Positions 24,827 through 38,839 of a stretch of DNA of 64,000 nucleotides are shown here, piece by piece (positions within the stretch are counted from its first letter, which is position 1; each line of letters opens with the position of its first letter). Origin of the DNA: Mobula hypostoma (lineage: Eukaryota); contig NC_086097.1 in assembly GCF_963921235.1 (NCBI RefSeq), forward strand, positions 219,420,001 to 219,484,000, in the 5' to 3' direction. The notes below the pieces were generated by a model. That model saw only the letters and a program-made list of their open reading frames with translations, had not been told where the DNA came from and made no database searches. A program made the position numbers and the translations under genes.

Positions 24827-27257
24827 CTAGATAGGGGTCGAGATGGTTTAGAGTTTGTAAAATGTGTTCAGGAAAGTTTTCTAAATCAGTATATAGAGGG
24901 ACCAACTAGAGGGGATGCAATATTGGATCTCCTGTTAGGAAACGAATTAGGGCAAGTGACAGAAGTCTGTGTAGGGGAGCACTTTGGTTCCAGTGATGAT
25001 ATCACCATTAGTTTCAATTGGATCATGGACAAGGCTAGATCTGGTCCTAGGGTTGAGGTTCTGAACTGGAAGAAGGCCAAATTTGAAGAAATGAGAAAGG
25101 ATCTAAAAAGCGTGGATTGGGACAGGTTGTTCTCTGGCAAAGATGTGATTAGAGTAGGTGGGAAGCCTTCAAAGGGGAAATTTTGAGAGGGCAGAGTTTG
25201 TATGTTCCTGTCAGGATTAAAGGCAAATTGAATAGGAATAAGGAACCTTGGTTCTCAAGGGATATTGCAACTCTGATAAAGAAGAAGAGGGAGTTGTATG
25301 AAATGTATAGGAAACGGGGTAAATCAGGTGCTTGAGGAGTATAAGAAGTGCAAGAAAATACTTAAGAAAGAAATCAGGAGGGCAAAAAGAAGACATGAGG
25401 TTGCCTTGGCAGTCAAAGTGAAGGATAATCCAAAGAGCTTTTACAAGTATATCAAGAGCAAAAGGATTGTAAGGGATAAAATTGGTCCTCTTGAAGATCA
25501 GAGTGGTTGGCTTTGTGCGGAACCAAAGGAAATGGGGGAGATCTTAAATAGTTTTTTTGCGAATGTATTTACTAAGGAAGCTGTCATGAAATCTATGGAA
25601 TTGAGGGAATCAAGTAGTGAGACCATGGAAACTGTACAGATTGAAAAGGAGGAGGTGCTTGCTGTCTTGAGAAAAATTAAAGTGGATAAATCCCCGGGAC
25701 CTGACAGAGTGTTCCCTCGGACCTTGAAGGAGACTAGTGTTGAAATTGCGGGGGCCCTGGCAGAGATATTTAAAATGTCTCTGTCTACGGGTGAAGTGCC
25801 GGAGGATTGGAGAGTAGCTCATCTTGTTCCGTTGTTTAAAAAAGGATCGAAAAGTAATCCGGGAAATTATAGGCCGGTGAGTTTAACGTCAGTAGTAGGT
25901 AAGTTATTGGAGGGTGTACGAAGAGACAGAATCTACAAGCATTTGGATAGACAGGGGCTTATTAGGGAGAGTCAACATGGCTTTGTGCATGGTAGGTCAT
26001 GTTTGACCAATCTGTTGGAGTTTTTTGAGGAGGTTACCAGGAAAGTGGATGAAGGGAAGGCAGTGGATATTGTCTACATGGACTTCAGTAAGGCCTTTGA
26101 CAAGGTCCCGCATGGGAGGTTAGTTAGGAAAATTCAGTCGCTAGGTATACATGGAGAGGTGGTAAATTGGATTAAACATTGGCTCGATGGAAGAAGCCAG
26201 AGAGTGGTGGTAGAGAATTGCTTCTCTGAGTGGAGGCCTGTGACTAGTGGTGTGCCACAGGGATCAGTGCTGGGTCCATTGTTATTTGTCATCTATCAAT
26301 GATCTGGATGATAATGTGGTAAATTGGATCAGCAAGTTTGCTGATGATACAAAGATTGGAGGTGTAGTAGACAGTGAGGAAGGTTTTCAGAGCCTGCAGA
26401 GGGACTTGGACCAGCTGGAAAAATGGGCTGAAAAATGGCAGATGGAGTTCAATACAGACAAGTGTGAGGTATTGCACGTTGGAAGGACAAACCAACGTAG
26501 AACATACAGGGTTAATGGTAAGGCACTGAGGAGTGCAGTGGAACAGAGGGATCCGGGAATACAGATACAAAATTCCCTAAAAGTGTCGTCACAGGTAGAT
26601 AGGGTCGTAAAGAGAGCTTTTGGTACATTGGCCTTTATTAATCGAAGTATTGAGTATAAGAGCTGGAATGTTATGATGAGGTTGTAGAAGGCATTGGTGA
26701 GGCCGAATCTGGAGTATTGTGTTCAGTTTTGGTCACCAAATTACAGGAACGATATAAATAAGGTTGAAAGAGTGCAGAGAAGGTTTACAAGGATGTTGCC
26801 GGGACTTGAGAAACTCAGTTACAGAGAAAGGTTGAATAGGTTAGGACTTTATTCCCTGGAGCGTAGAAGAATGAGGGGAGATTTGATAGAGGTATATAAA
26901 ATTATGATGGGTATAGATAGAGTGAATGCAAGCAGGCTTTTTCCACTGAGGCAAGGGGAGAAAAAAACCAGAGGACATGGGTTAAGGGTGAGGGGGGAAA
27001 AGTTTAAAGGGAACATTAGTGGGGGGGCTTCTTCACACAGAGAGTGGTGGGAGTATGGAATGAGCTGCCAGACGAGGTGGTAAATGCGGGTTCTTTTTTA
27101 ACATTTAAGAATAAATTGGACAGATACATGGATGGGAGGTGTATGGGGGGATATGGTCCGTGTGCAGGTCAGTGGGACTAGGCAGAAAATGGTTTGGCAC
27201 AGCCAAGAAGGGCCAAAGGGCCTGTTTCTCTGCTGTAGTTTCTATGGTTCTATGGTT
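24827..27257 (+). mobile_element. 5'-truncated CR1 LINE (ORF2 RT, frameshifted)
   Basis: ORFs 24923-27083 contain KSPGPD, NYRPVSLTS, GVPQGSVLGP and KFADD; tail (ttctatgg)n. Confidence 0.93.
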
Positions 27258-28589
27258 CTATCCACAGGATCAATGCCTCTCACCATCTTACACACCTCTA
27301 TCAGGTCACCTCTCATCCTCCGTCACTCCAAGGAGAAAAGGCCAAGTTCACTCAACCTGTTTTCATAAGACATGCTCCCCACTCCAGGCAACATCCTTGT
27401 AAATCTCCACTGCACCCTTTCTATGGCTTCCACATTCTTCCTGTAGTGAAGTGACCAGAACTGAGCACAGTACTCCAAGTGGGGTCTGACTAGGGTCCTA
27501 TGTAGCTGCAACATTACTTCTCGGCTCCTAAATTCAATTCCACAATTAATGAAGGCCAAATAGATTGTAAGCCTTCTCAACCACAGAGTCAACCTACGCA
27601 GCTGCTTTGAGCGTCCTGTGGACTCGGATCCCAAGAACCTTCTAATCCTCCACACTGCCAAGAGTCTTACCATTAGTACTCTAGTCTGCCATTATATTTG
27701 ACCTACCAAAATGAACCACTTCACACTTATCTGAGTTGAACTCCATCTGCCACTTCTCAACCCAGTTTTGCATCCTATCAATGTCCTGCTGTAACCTCTG
27801 ACAGCCCTCCACACTATCCACAACACCCCCAACCTTTGTGTCATCAGCAAACTTACTAACCCATCCCTCCACTTCTTCATCCAGATCATTTATAAAAATC
27901 ACAAAGAGTAAGGGTCCCAGAACTGTCCCTGAGGCACACCACTAGTCACCGACCTCCATGCAGAATATGATCCATCTCCAACCACTCTTTGCCTTCTGTG
28001 GGCAAACCAGTTCTGGATCCACAAAGCAATGTCCCCTTGGATCCCATCATGCCTCCTTACTTTCTCAATAAGCCTTGCATGGGGTACCTTATGAAATGAT
28101 TTGTTGATATCCATTACACTACATCTACTGCTCTTCCTTCATCAATGTGTTTAGTCACATCCTCAAAAAACTCAATCAGGCTCGTAAGGCACAACTTGCC
28201 CTTGACAAAGCCATGCTGACTATTCCTAATCATATTATACCTCTCCAAATGTTCATAAATCCTGCCTCTCAGGATCTTCTCCATCAACTTACCAACTGAG
28301 GTAAAACTCACTGGTCTATAATTTCCTGGGCTATCTTTACTCCCTTCTTGAACATCTGCAACCCTCCAATCCTCTAGAACCTCTCCCATCCCCATTGATG
28401 ATGCAAAGATCATCGCCAGAGGCTCAGCAATCTCCTCCCTGCCCTCCCACAGTAGCCTGGGGTACATCTCATCCGGTCCCGGTGACTTATCCAACTTGAT
28501 GCTTTCCAAAACCTCCAGCACATCCTCTTTCTTAATATCTACATGCTCAAGCTTTTCAGTCTGCTGCAAGTCAGCACTACAATCACCAA

Positions 28590-28783
28590 AACAACAGGAA
28601 TTCTGCAGATGCTGGAAATTCAAGCAACACACATGAAAGTTGTTGTGCCAGGCAGCATCTCTAGGAAGAGGTGCATTCGACGTTTCAGGCTAACGAAGGG
28701 TCTCGGCCTGAAACGTCAACTGCACCTCTTCCTAGAGATGCTGCCTGGCCTGCTGCGTTCACCAGCAACTTTTATGTGTGTTG
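28590..28783. mobile_element. Palindromic Penelope-derived element (degenerate hammerhead motif)
   Basis: 13-bp TSD ctacaatcaccaa at 28577-28589 and 28784-28796; arms homologous to 1710-2017. Confidence 0.85.
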
Positions 28784-29309
28784 CTACAATCACCAAGATC
28801 CTTTTCCATAGTGAATACTGAAGTAAAGTATTCATTAAGTACCTCTGCTATTTCTCTGGTTCCATACACACTGTCCCACTGTCACACTTGAATACACACT
28901 TTCCCACTGTCACACTTTATGACTGATCCATTATTACAGATAGGATAATCCAAAGTAAATGCCTGGCTATAACATTACAGGATAAACAAGCAAGAACAAC
29001 TTAGTTAATTAATACCAATTCCAAACATACAAAAATCAACAAGTGAAAAACACCAGAAATATGCTCAAATAAAAGAGAAAATTTAAAGATGATGGAACGT
29101 GATCAACTGATATCATCCCAAAGTCACCACAATAGAATTAAACAATTCGGCCTATGTAGCAATATTTATGTAATTCTTCAGAAAGCCACAATACTAAGTA
29201 CCACTCGATTAGTCCAAAAGTTCCTAACAATTGAGAAATGAGTATGCCTGGTTATGCTCAAACCTCAGGTTTTATCAGTGTAAAAAAAGAAAAATGCAAT
29301 AATAATAAA

Positions 29310-32260
29310 TCTAACAGAAAGCAGAAATCATTTATCTTGTTGTATTGACTCTGAAAAAACATTTGATTCTTTCCCACACTCATGGTTAACAGAAGCTCTT
29401 AATATTTATAAACTACACCCAATACTTGTGAAATTCCAACAACATCTGACGAAACGTTGGTGTACTATAATCACCCGATCTATAAACAGCCAAAAAAGAG
29501 CAACACCATTATCAAAATAAACCGAGGCGTTTTCCAGGGTGTCTCCCTAAGCCCAGTATGGCTTTGTTTAGCTTTAAACCTGCTCTCTAATTTACTGAAC
29601 CAGATGAAAATAGGGTATAAAATCAGAGACAACCAAACAAATTATACTTTGACAGACCTTCTATACATAGACAATTTAAAATTATGTGCTCCTTTATCAG
29701 TAGAGCTAAAGAAATTAATTCAAATAGTAGAACTATTTTCTAAGTATATATCATAAACATGAACATTGGATTGGATAAATGCAGAACATTAAACATAAAG
29801 AAAGGTGTAAAAGAGCTAACAGAATATAAAACAGAGCAGCAGGATACAATACCACCAATGGATGAATATGAAACATATAAGTATTTAGGATATCAAAAAA
29901 AGAACATACTGATAAAGGTTAAACATTTGACAGAATTTACTTCAAGGTTTAAGAAAATCCTTCAAATAGAGCTCATTAGCAAAAATAAAACAATGACAAT
30001 AAACACTTTTGTGATACCCTTTTGGGATAATATCTTGGACCTAAATTAATCTAGAAAATTCACAAAGAAAAATAAGAACTGAAATGTCAAATTTTAGAAA
30101 ACATACTGTACACTTGAACATACTTACTTTAACATTACCTAGGACAGAAGGAATGAGGAACAACAGACAAAAAATTTACACAAGTGTCAGGTAAAATTTC
30201 TGAGGATATATTTTCCTTATCAAAAACAGGATTCAGCACTCCAGGAGAGCATATGCAACTCTGCTAAAACAAAGTATATGCAAAAGTCACTCCACTCTTC
30301 AAGAAGGGAGAGAGGCAGAAGAAAGATAAAGATAGGCCAGTTAGTTTGACTTCAGTGGAAGGGAAACGGCTGTAGACAGCATGGTTTCCTCAAGGGAAAA
30401 TCTTGCCTGACAAATCTGTTGGAATTATTTGAAGAAGTAACAAGCAGGATAGGCAAAGGAGAATCGGTTGATGTTGTGTACTTTGACTTTCAGAAGGCTT
30501 TTTACAAGGTGCCACACATCAGGCTACTTAACAAGCTACGAGGCCATGGTATTACAGGAAAGATTCTAGCATGGACAAAGCAGTGGCTGTTTGGCAGGAG
30601 GCAAAGAGTGGGAACAAAGGGAGCCTTTTCTGGCTGGCTGCCAATAATTAGTGGTATTCCACAGGGTCTGTTTTGGAATCGATTCTTTTTACATTATATG
30701 TCAATGATTAGGATGATGGAATTGATGGCTTTTTTGCAAAGTTTGCAGACAATACGAAGATAGCTGGAGGGGCAGGTAGTTTTGAGGAAGTAGAGAGGTT
30801 AAAGAAGGATTTAGACCGATTAGGAGAATGGGTAAAGAAATGGCAGATGTCAGGAAATGTATGGTCATGCACTTTGGTAGAAGAAATGAAAGTGTTGACT
30901 ATTTTCTAAATGGAGAGAAAATACAAAAAAACTGAGTTGTAAAGTGACTTGGAAGCCCTTGTACAGGATTCCCTAAAGGTTAATTTGCAGGTTGAGTCTG
31001 TGGTGAGGAAGGTAAATGTGTTGTTAGTAGTCACTTCGAGAGGACTATAATATAAAATCAAGGATGTAATGCTGAAACTTTATAAAGCACTGGTAAGGCC
31101 TCACTTGGAGTATTCTGAGCAGGTATGGGCCCCTTATCTTATAATAGATGTGCTTAAACTGGAGAGTGTTCAAAGGAGGTTCACAAAAATTATTCCAGGC
31201 TTGAATGCTTTGTCATATGAAGAACATTTGATGGCTCTGGGACTGTATTCACTGGAATTCAGAAGAATGGGGATGACCTCATTGAAACCTATCAAATGGT
31301 GAAAGGCTTTGAAAGAGTGTGTTTGGAAAGGATGTTTCCTATGGTGGGAAGGCCCAAAGGACACAGCCTCTGAATAGAAGGGCGTCCTTTTAGAACGAAG
31401 ATGAGAAGGAATTTCTTTAGCCAGAGAGTGGAGAATCTGTGGAATTCTTTGCCACAGGCAGCCGTAGAAGCCAAGTATCTATGTATATTTAAGGCAGAGG
31501 TTGATAGATTCTTGATTGATCAGGGCATGAAGGGATATGGGGAGAAAGCATGATATTGAGGCTGAGAAGAAAGTTGGATCAGCCATAATGAAATGTTGGA
31601 GCAGGCTCGATGGGCCAAACGGCCTCATTCTACTCCTATATCTTAGTGTCTAATGGTCTTATGGTATACATCACCAAACTTGAAAGCACAGCCCAGAAAA
31701 AGTGAAGAAATTATCTCCACAGAAGAAAAAATTAACCAGTGGAAGACATCCCCATGAACCAAGCAGACTAGAGGTTGACAAGGAAGCATCAAACACTTAG
31801 CTCGGACTTGAAAACCATCTTGCTTTAAAATACAAATTCATAGACCTTGCATGATTCAGTTTTGGTATCAGAGTTCTATAAATTACATTATCACTGATCC
31901 ATTATTACAGATATGACAATCCATAAACCAGCAAGAATAACTTATTTAATAGACATAGCCATTCCAAACACACATAACGTACAGAAATCAGTAAGTGAAA
32001 AACACCAGAAATATGCAGAATAAAAAAAGGAAATTGGAAGACTATGGAACATGAACAGGGTATACATTATCCCAGTAGTAATATCTACAACTGGTATTTT
32101 CCCAAAGTCTCTAAACAATAGCATTAAATAATTAGGCCTACACAGCAATATTTATCTAAATTTTCAGCAAGTTGCAACACTAAACACCGCCAGATTAGTC
32201 TGAAAGTTCCTAGCAATTGAGAAATGAATGTACTTGTACCTCAGACTTTACAAGCTTTGA
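29310..32260 (+). mobile_element. R4/Dong-like LINE, copy 2 (RT region 29310-30285, 3' region 31664-32260), interrupted by a CR1
   Basis: RGVFQGVSLSP, LLYIDNLKL, GLDKC and YKYLG RT motifs. 31664-32260 parallels 18585-18760 and 28917-29270. Confidence 0.72.
30286..31663 (+). mobile_element. CR1 LINE 3' half, decayed
   Basis: ORFs 30419-30763 and 31069-31302 are CR1 RT and C-terminus; tail tcttatgg. Confidence 0.88.
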
Positions 32261-33699
32261 AAAAATAAATATATAATTAATTAATATGCTATTAATACTG
32301 AGAACATGAGACGATAAGTCCTTGAAAATGAACAGTTGTGGGAACAGTTCAGTGATGGGGGAGGTGAAGTTGAATGAAGTTATCTCCTTTGGTTCAAGAG
32401 CCTGATGGTTGATGGTTAATAACTGTTCCTGAACTTGGTAGTGTGAGTCCTGAGACTCCTCTACCTTTTTTCCGATGGCAGCAGTGAGAAGAGAACATGA
32501 CCTGGGTGATGGGGATCACTGTTGATGGGTGCTGCTTTTCTGCAACAGCGTTCCGTGTCGATGTACTCAATGGAGGAGATAGCTTTACCTATGATGGAAT
32601 GCATTCTATCTACTACTTTTTGTAGGATTTTCTATTCAAGGGTATTTTGTGAAAGTTTTAGATGTCATGCTGAATCTTTGCAAACTTCCAAGGAAGTAGA
32701 GCCACTGCTGTGCTTTCATAGAACATAGAACATAGAACATAGAAAACCTACAGCACAATTGCATAATTCTTCATAATTGCACTTAAATGCTGGGCCCAGG
32801 ACAGGTCCTCTGAGCATCGACGGTATTGAGCTTATCTGAAAACGAAACTTCTGTGACCTATCTCCCTTGATTTCATTTTGTAAGAGGTAATACCATTCAA
32901 GCCCTGCCACAGCTGTTGAGCATCCTTCATTCATTCAAGTTTTAGTCCAGAATTGCCACTCCGCCCTTGGGATAGTTTTCCGGAGATCATGCCAGAATCT
33001 CCTGTATCTTTCCTGGTCACCAGACCTGAGTGCCTCTGGTACGGGCCTTAGCAGATTGCGATCTCCTGGTTCATACTGGGCTTCTGGTTGGGGAAGATTC
33101 TGAATGATTTTGTGGGTACATACTTATCTGCAAGTGTTTTTATAAAATTTTATAATGAAGAGTTACACACTGTTACTGCTGGAGACTTGCAAGGATCAAT
33201 TTTGAGGTTATATCTGCTCACCAAATGTCTTGGATGGTAGGCAGTATTGTTGGACCAAACACTGTAGATGGAGGTTTAAAGTTACAAAGGGTAATTGATA
33301 GATTAAATAAATGGGTAAAAATGTAGTGAATGGACTGTAATGGAGAGAAAAGTAAGTTCATCCTCCTTGGAACGATAAAGAGTAAAATAGTGTATTTATT
33401 AGAAGGAATAGAGTTCCAAAGAGGCTTGTGGTCTCGTACATTGACCATTACAATCTAATGGACAGGAACAGAAAGCAACTAAAAGATCTGCAAGATTAGG
33501 GCTGTAAGTGATATAAGTTATGTTATAGTTAGACTCCACCTGAAATACAGTGGACTGCTCTGGACATCATATCTTGGGAAAGATACATTGACCTTGGGGA
33601 GAGTTCACCAAACATTTATCGCAATGAAAACTGTAAGCCAATGTTCATGAAGAAACGTTACATCAGCGTAGTATTTCAATGAGTTTAAAAGGTTAAGGA

Positions 33700-34165
33700 A
33701 TCAGGTTTATTATCACTGTGATGTGAAATTTGTCATTTTGTGGCAGCACTACTGTGATATAAAATTACCATAAGTTATGAAATAAATAAATAGTGCAAAA
33801 GAAGAGGAAGAATGAGGTGGTGTTCATAGACCATTCAGAAATCTGAGGGTGAAGGGGAAGAAGCTGTTTCTGAATCATTGAGTGTGAATTTTCAGGCTCC
33901 TGTACCTCCTGTCTGATGGTAGTAGCAATAAGAGGGCATTTAGATACTGAGGGTCCTTAATAATGCATGGCACCTTCTTGAGGCACTGCCTCTCGAAGAT
34001 GTCCTCAGTGGTTAGGAAAGCTGTGCCCATGAAGGAGCTGGCAGAGTTTCCAAACATCAGCAACCTCTTGTGATCCTGTACATTGGATTCTCCAAACCAC
34101 ACTGTGATGCAACTGGACATAATCCTCTCCAACACACATCTGTAGAAATCTGCAAGTGATTTTCC
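33700..34165 (-). mobile_element. Rex1/Babar-like LINE 3' end inserted in an old CR1 (about 33180-34470)
   Basis: ORF 33875-34240 contains FYRC..E.I.SSCITVWFG...CLKK...IIKDP...LLPSDRRYRSL, the Rex1/Babar RT C-terminal region. Confidence 0.75.
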
Positions 34166-36574
34166 AAAAAGTGTAAAGATATTAAGAACTATAGAGTGAA
34201 ACACTACTCCCACAGGATATGGAGTCTTGGACTCAGGCATCTGTCTGATTTGAGTGTGAAATGAGGGAACATTTCTCTATACAGTGGGTAAGAAAATTTG
34301 AAACCCTCTTCCAAAAACAGCAATTGATGCCTGGTTAGTAGTTAATTTTAAACCTGAGATTGATAGATCATTGACAAAAAAAGGTATTAAGAGATGTGGA
34401 AAAAAAGCAAATATATGAAATAAGGTCAGAGATCAGCCATAATCTTATTGAAGGCAAAACAGGTTCTTTTATTCCTATACAAACACTCGGCTGTGAAATA
34501 ATTCATCCATAAGATACTTAAAATATACACATATATACATTGGGCTCCATAATCTGTAAATAATTATGTGGTATTCTGAGGGAAGTTTTAATAAGAGGAA
34601 TCCAAGAGATTATTAACATTGAGCTATTTGATTTGGAACAGACTTTGGAGTTGAAAAAGGAACTCTGCATATGTTTTTAGAATAAATGTTTCCCCAGTGA
34701 CAGAAGAGCACATCTGGAGTGTGACGCAGTCTAAACCTGCAGTTGATAGGACTAAATGGGTAGCGTATTTAGCAGATGACATTAAGGACGAAGTCACAGC
34801 TGATTATAAGAAGCTATGTACTCATAGAAATACAGCAATAAGTTGGGTACGAGTTTCTTGCAAAGTTTCTGAGAATATTTTTATTCTGACAAGTTGCCGC
34901 ATAACCCTAGCTGGAGACATACGGGGCTGAAATACTTAAACTGGCTGCAAAGAATGAGGTACTATATCAAGTCCAATTAGTTCATTTCTCTCTTCGTGTT
35001 TAAGCGGATGTCTTTCTAATCTCATTGGATGCAAGTTAGAGAGCCTTTAAGTCATGCTTCATCCATGTTGGTTGTCAATCTGAATTAAAATCATGCATAT
35101 AAGGAAATAAATAAAGGGAAGCTTTGTAGGAATTGTACCCATGTAGCTCTTTTTAATTTTGCTTAGGTACTTTGATTTGACTTCATTTGATGATTAAAGG
35201 GAAGTAATTTTGAACCAGACCTTGCCAGAAATCTTAACTTGTTGTCTCCCTCTCCCTGTACTTGTCTCATCCATTTGGACCAAAGGATTGTGAATTCCAG
35301 TGACCAGGTGAAAGAGCATTCGCTAATGCAATAAGGAAAACCCACACCCAGACATCTTTCCCCTTATACCTAATACTTGAACACAATTAAAATTGAAATA
35401 AAGAACTTTGATTTTTAATGCTTTAAAATTAAGTCATCAACCAAGATCACCAAATACTGTATTTAAAAACATTAAGTTAAAATAAAATAATTTTCAGGTT
35501 AAAACCTTTTCTTGCCTTCACATCCTTCCAAACTGCATTGAACTAAGTGGAAACTGCTCAGCGTCATGCTAGAAAATCCTAGGAAGACTGGGTTCCCAGT
35601 TGGACTCCATGGGGAGTCCAGCAATAGAGAAGACTGACAGGTTTTAGTGCTGCAAATCTGTCAGCAAGTTTGAGACTTCCATATTTCAGAGCACATCTGT
35701 ACAAGTCCAGGATTTAGCACCTGAACAACCAAGGTTAGCTAGTGAGAATAGACCTGTTAAGTAAAACAAAAGATCTCTTTAGACTACAAGATCTTGGAGG
35801 TAATCCATAATTTTCATTTATTAGATTGATGTTGTGTCTGATTACTGTTAATAAAAATGGTGGTTGTGCAAATTATCAGGCGGATAGAAAGTTCTAGAAC
35901 AATTATCAAAGGAACTAGTTTTCAGCAGTTCTTCAGCAGTCAATGGAAATCTGGTGTTTTCTTTACAGCAGTTGACAACCCCACAATATGAGATTTTTGC
36001 CAAGAGTGAATTATGAGGCCTGCATTAATGTGCATACTTCTCTAACCCCACCTATATGTTGCATAATCTTAAGGGTCAGAGTCAAGCTCTAAATTTGTAA
36101 GTAAGTGCAAAGAAATCAGAACTGATTTAAGAATCGAGTAATTACAATGTGCTACTGTACATTGCTCAAGGTCAGACTTTATCCCTGTAATTTATGTCTC
36201 TTCTCACAAAGAAGGCAGAATCTTTCTATTCTCTATTGTCAGTCATATTTGAGGAAAAACATTCCCACTGTAGGACATTGAATCATACACATTCCGACCA
36301 TGACTGATCCTCACCATGCAGACACATGGATGGCTTCCAGCCATGTAATTGCCAACTGTCTTGAAGCCACTTTTCCTGCAAGGGCATAGAGCTGTAATTG
36401 GCGATCAGTCCTCTCTGCATCATATTCTGAAGTTCTATCAGAATCAGAATTAGAATCCAAAAAAGGTTTAACATCACTGGCATTTGTCAGGAAATTTGTT
36501 GTTTTGTGGCAGCTGTACATTGCAATACATAATAATAAAAAGCTTAAATTACATTAAAAACTGCACGTATAACA

Positions 36575-37340
36575 AATACTGTTCGCTGATAACTGCACAA
36601 TGTTCTGCACCATTCGTGATTCCTCAGATAGTGAAGCAGTTCATACCCAAATGCAGCAGGATCTGGACATTACTTTGGACTTGGGCTGACAAGTGGCAAG
36701 TAACATCTGAGCCACAGAAGTGCCATGCAGTGACCATCTCCAACAAAAGACTCTCTAACTATCGTTCCTTGACATTAAGTGGCACCACCATCATTGAATC
36801 CCCTACTATCAACATCCTGGGGGGGGTACCATTGACAGGAACCTGAACTGCTCTAGCCTGGATGAGTGCAACTCCATCAACACTCAAGAAACTTTACACC
36901 ATCCAGTACAGGGCAGCCCACTTGATTGGTACCCCTTCCACAAGTATCCAATCTCTCCACATTGATGAACAGTTGCAGCAGTGTGTACGATCTACAAGAT
37001 GCACTGCAACAACACACTAAACCTCCTAAGGCAGCACCATCCAGACCCAAGACCACTACCATCTAGAAGGACGAGAACAGCAGATACCTGGGAACACTAC
37101 CACTTGGAAATCCCCCTCCAAGTCACTCACCATCCTGACTTGGAAACATATCACCATTCCTTCATTGTCGCTGAGTCAAAATCATGGAATTCTCTCCCTA
37201 ACAGCACCATGGGTGTACCTGCACCTCAGGGACTGCAGCGATTCAAGAAGGCAGCTCATCACCACCTTTTCAAGGGCAACTAGCAATGGGTAATAAATGC
37301 TGGCTTAGCTGGCTATTCCCACATCCCATAAATGAATAAA
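36575..37340 (+). mobile_element. CR1-clade LINE 3' fragment of a distinct family, nested in a Rex1-like tail (36437-36570 and 37345-37900)
   Basis: WADKWQVT.EPQKC...WNSLP...FKKAAHHHL; 3' UTR gggcaactagcaatgggtaataaatgctggc...cccacatccc. Confidence 0.7.
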
Positions 37341-38839
37341 TATTACATATATATTTTAAAAATTAAATTTAATAAGTAGTGCAAAAAGAGATTTTTCAAA
37401 AAATAAGGTAGCGCACATGGGTTAATTGTCCACTCAAAAATCACATCGAGGGGAAGAAGCTATTCCTGAGCTGCTGAGTGTGTGTCTTCAGGCTCCTGTA
37501 CCTCCTCCTTGATGGTAGCAATGAGAAGAGGACATGCCTGGGTGATGGGGGTCCTTAATGATGGATGCCACGTTTTTGAGGCATTGCCTTTTGCAGGTGT
37601 CCTCAGTGCTGGAGAGGCTAGTGCCCATGTTGGAGCTGGCTGAGTTTACAACCCCACCGCAGCTTTTTCAGTGCTGTCTAGGGCCCCTCCATACCAGACG
37701 TTGATGCAACTAGTTAGAATGCTTTCCACAGAACATCTGTAGAAATTTGCAAAATCTTTGGTGACATACCAAGTCTACTCAAGCTCATGACGAAATATAG
37801 TCATTGTCGTACCTTCTTTGTAATTGCATCAATATGTTGGGCCCAGGATAGATGTTGATACCCAGGAAATTAAACTGCTCACCCTTTCCACTGCTCTGTC
37901 ACAGCTTAGCTGCCTGCTTGCCATTGGCATCTCATACTGTCAACTACTTACAGTAGAATGTATGTGATAATCGGAAATGTTTCGACATAATTTAGTTGGT
38001 TTAAGTGATTGAAAAAGAATTGAATGGAGTATCACTAGACCTGTCAGATCTTGCTGGTGTAAATTCAAAGGGAAGCTGGTTGAATGACATGGCAAATTGC
38101 AGAAATGCCCCTGAAATCAGCCGTGATTTCCGGATAGAATGATACGCTGGATGTACCTTTGTCTGACCTCCAAGGCACATGCATGACCGAACAGCTGTGC
38201 TCCCAAGTGCAGAATGTGCTAACCCATGCATGGCAACTAACGAACAGGGTTTTGCAGGACAGTCATCTTAGCAGCAGCGTGAACTCGTCTACTATGCCTC
38301 AGTTAAAGTGAACTGGAAAGGCTGTTTGCCTATGCATGCATTAATCGATACAACAGTTCCCACTATTTAGTTTTTTTTTTCTGCTCCTTTACTCCTATGA
38401 GAATCTCTCCAAAGATAAAAGTGAAGATGCTGGAAATACTCAACAGGTGGAGCAGCATCTTTGGAGAGAGGAACAGAGTTAATGATTCAAGTTGATGATT
38501 TGTCAAACGTAAGACCATAGATATACGAGCAGAGTTACACCATTTGGCCCGTCAGGCCTGCGCTGCCATTCCACCATGGTTCAAAATCTTAGTCTTTGTT
38601 CATGCCCTGTATTAACAGGCAGGAAATATTTTTCACATCAGATTATGTAACTAAATCCATGCTTGTGCCAGGAAATTCTTTCCACATTCAGTTCTAGTTA
38701 ATATGTACGTCAACAGGAAACGTCAGTAAAGGATGAAAGTATTTAAATGTGGCAATAGCAATACAGCTGAAAGGAGGGACAGTTTAGTCTTGTGCAGCTG
38801 AAAGGAGGGATAGTTTAGTCTCATCCTTTTGACACAATT

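Larger units (their letters stand above)
24499..28915 (-). mobile_element. CR1 LINE split into 24499-24826 and 27258-28915 by an opposite-strand CR1; also carries a Penelope palindrome
   Basis: (agaaacat)n tail at 24499. ORFs 24595-24816 and 27323-28632 are CR1 ORF2. ctatc is duplicated at both junctions of the inner CR1. Confidence 0.88.
18494..29280 (+). mobile_element. R4/Dong-like (REL-endonuclease) LINE, copy 1, in three pieces: 18494-18975, about 24391-24498, about 28917-29280
   Basis: QWKSMALYGKYP, TEGFFVAIQCQV, KNYQKYIIKD..DKC, YLHR|NIIHQ and YKLYY|D.SIITDR read continuously across the CR1 insertions; they are typical of the post-RT zinc-knuckle/REL region. Confidence 0.7.

Noticed and set aside
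34697..34930. Possible exon after the acceptor-like tttccccag
   Set aside because: The peptide is unrecognisable, and there is no strong donor or neighbouring exon.
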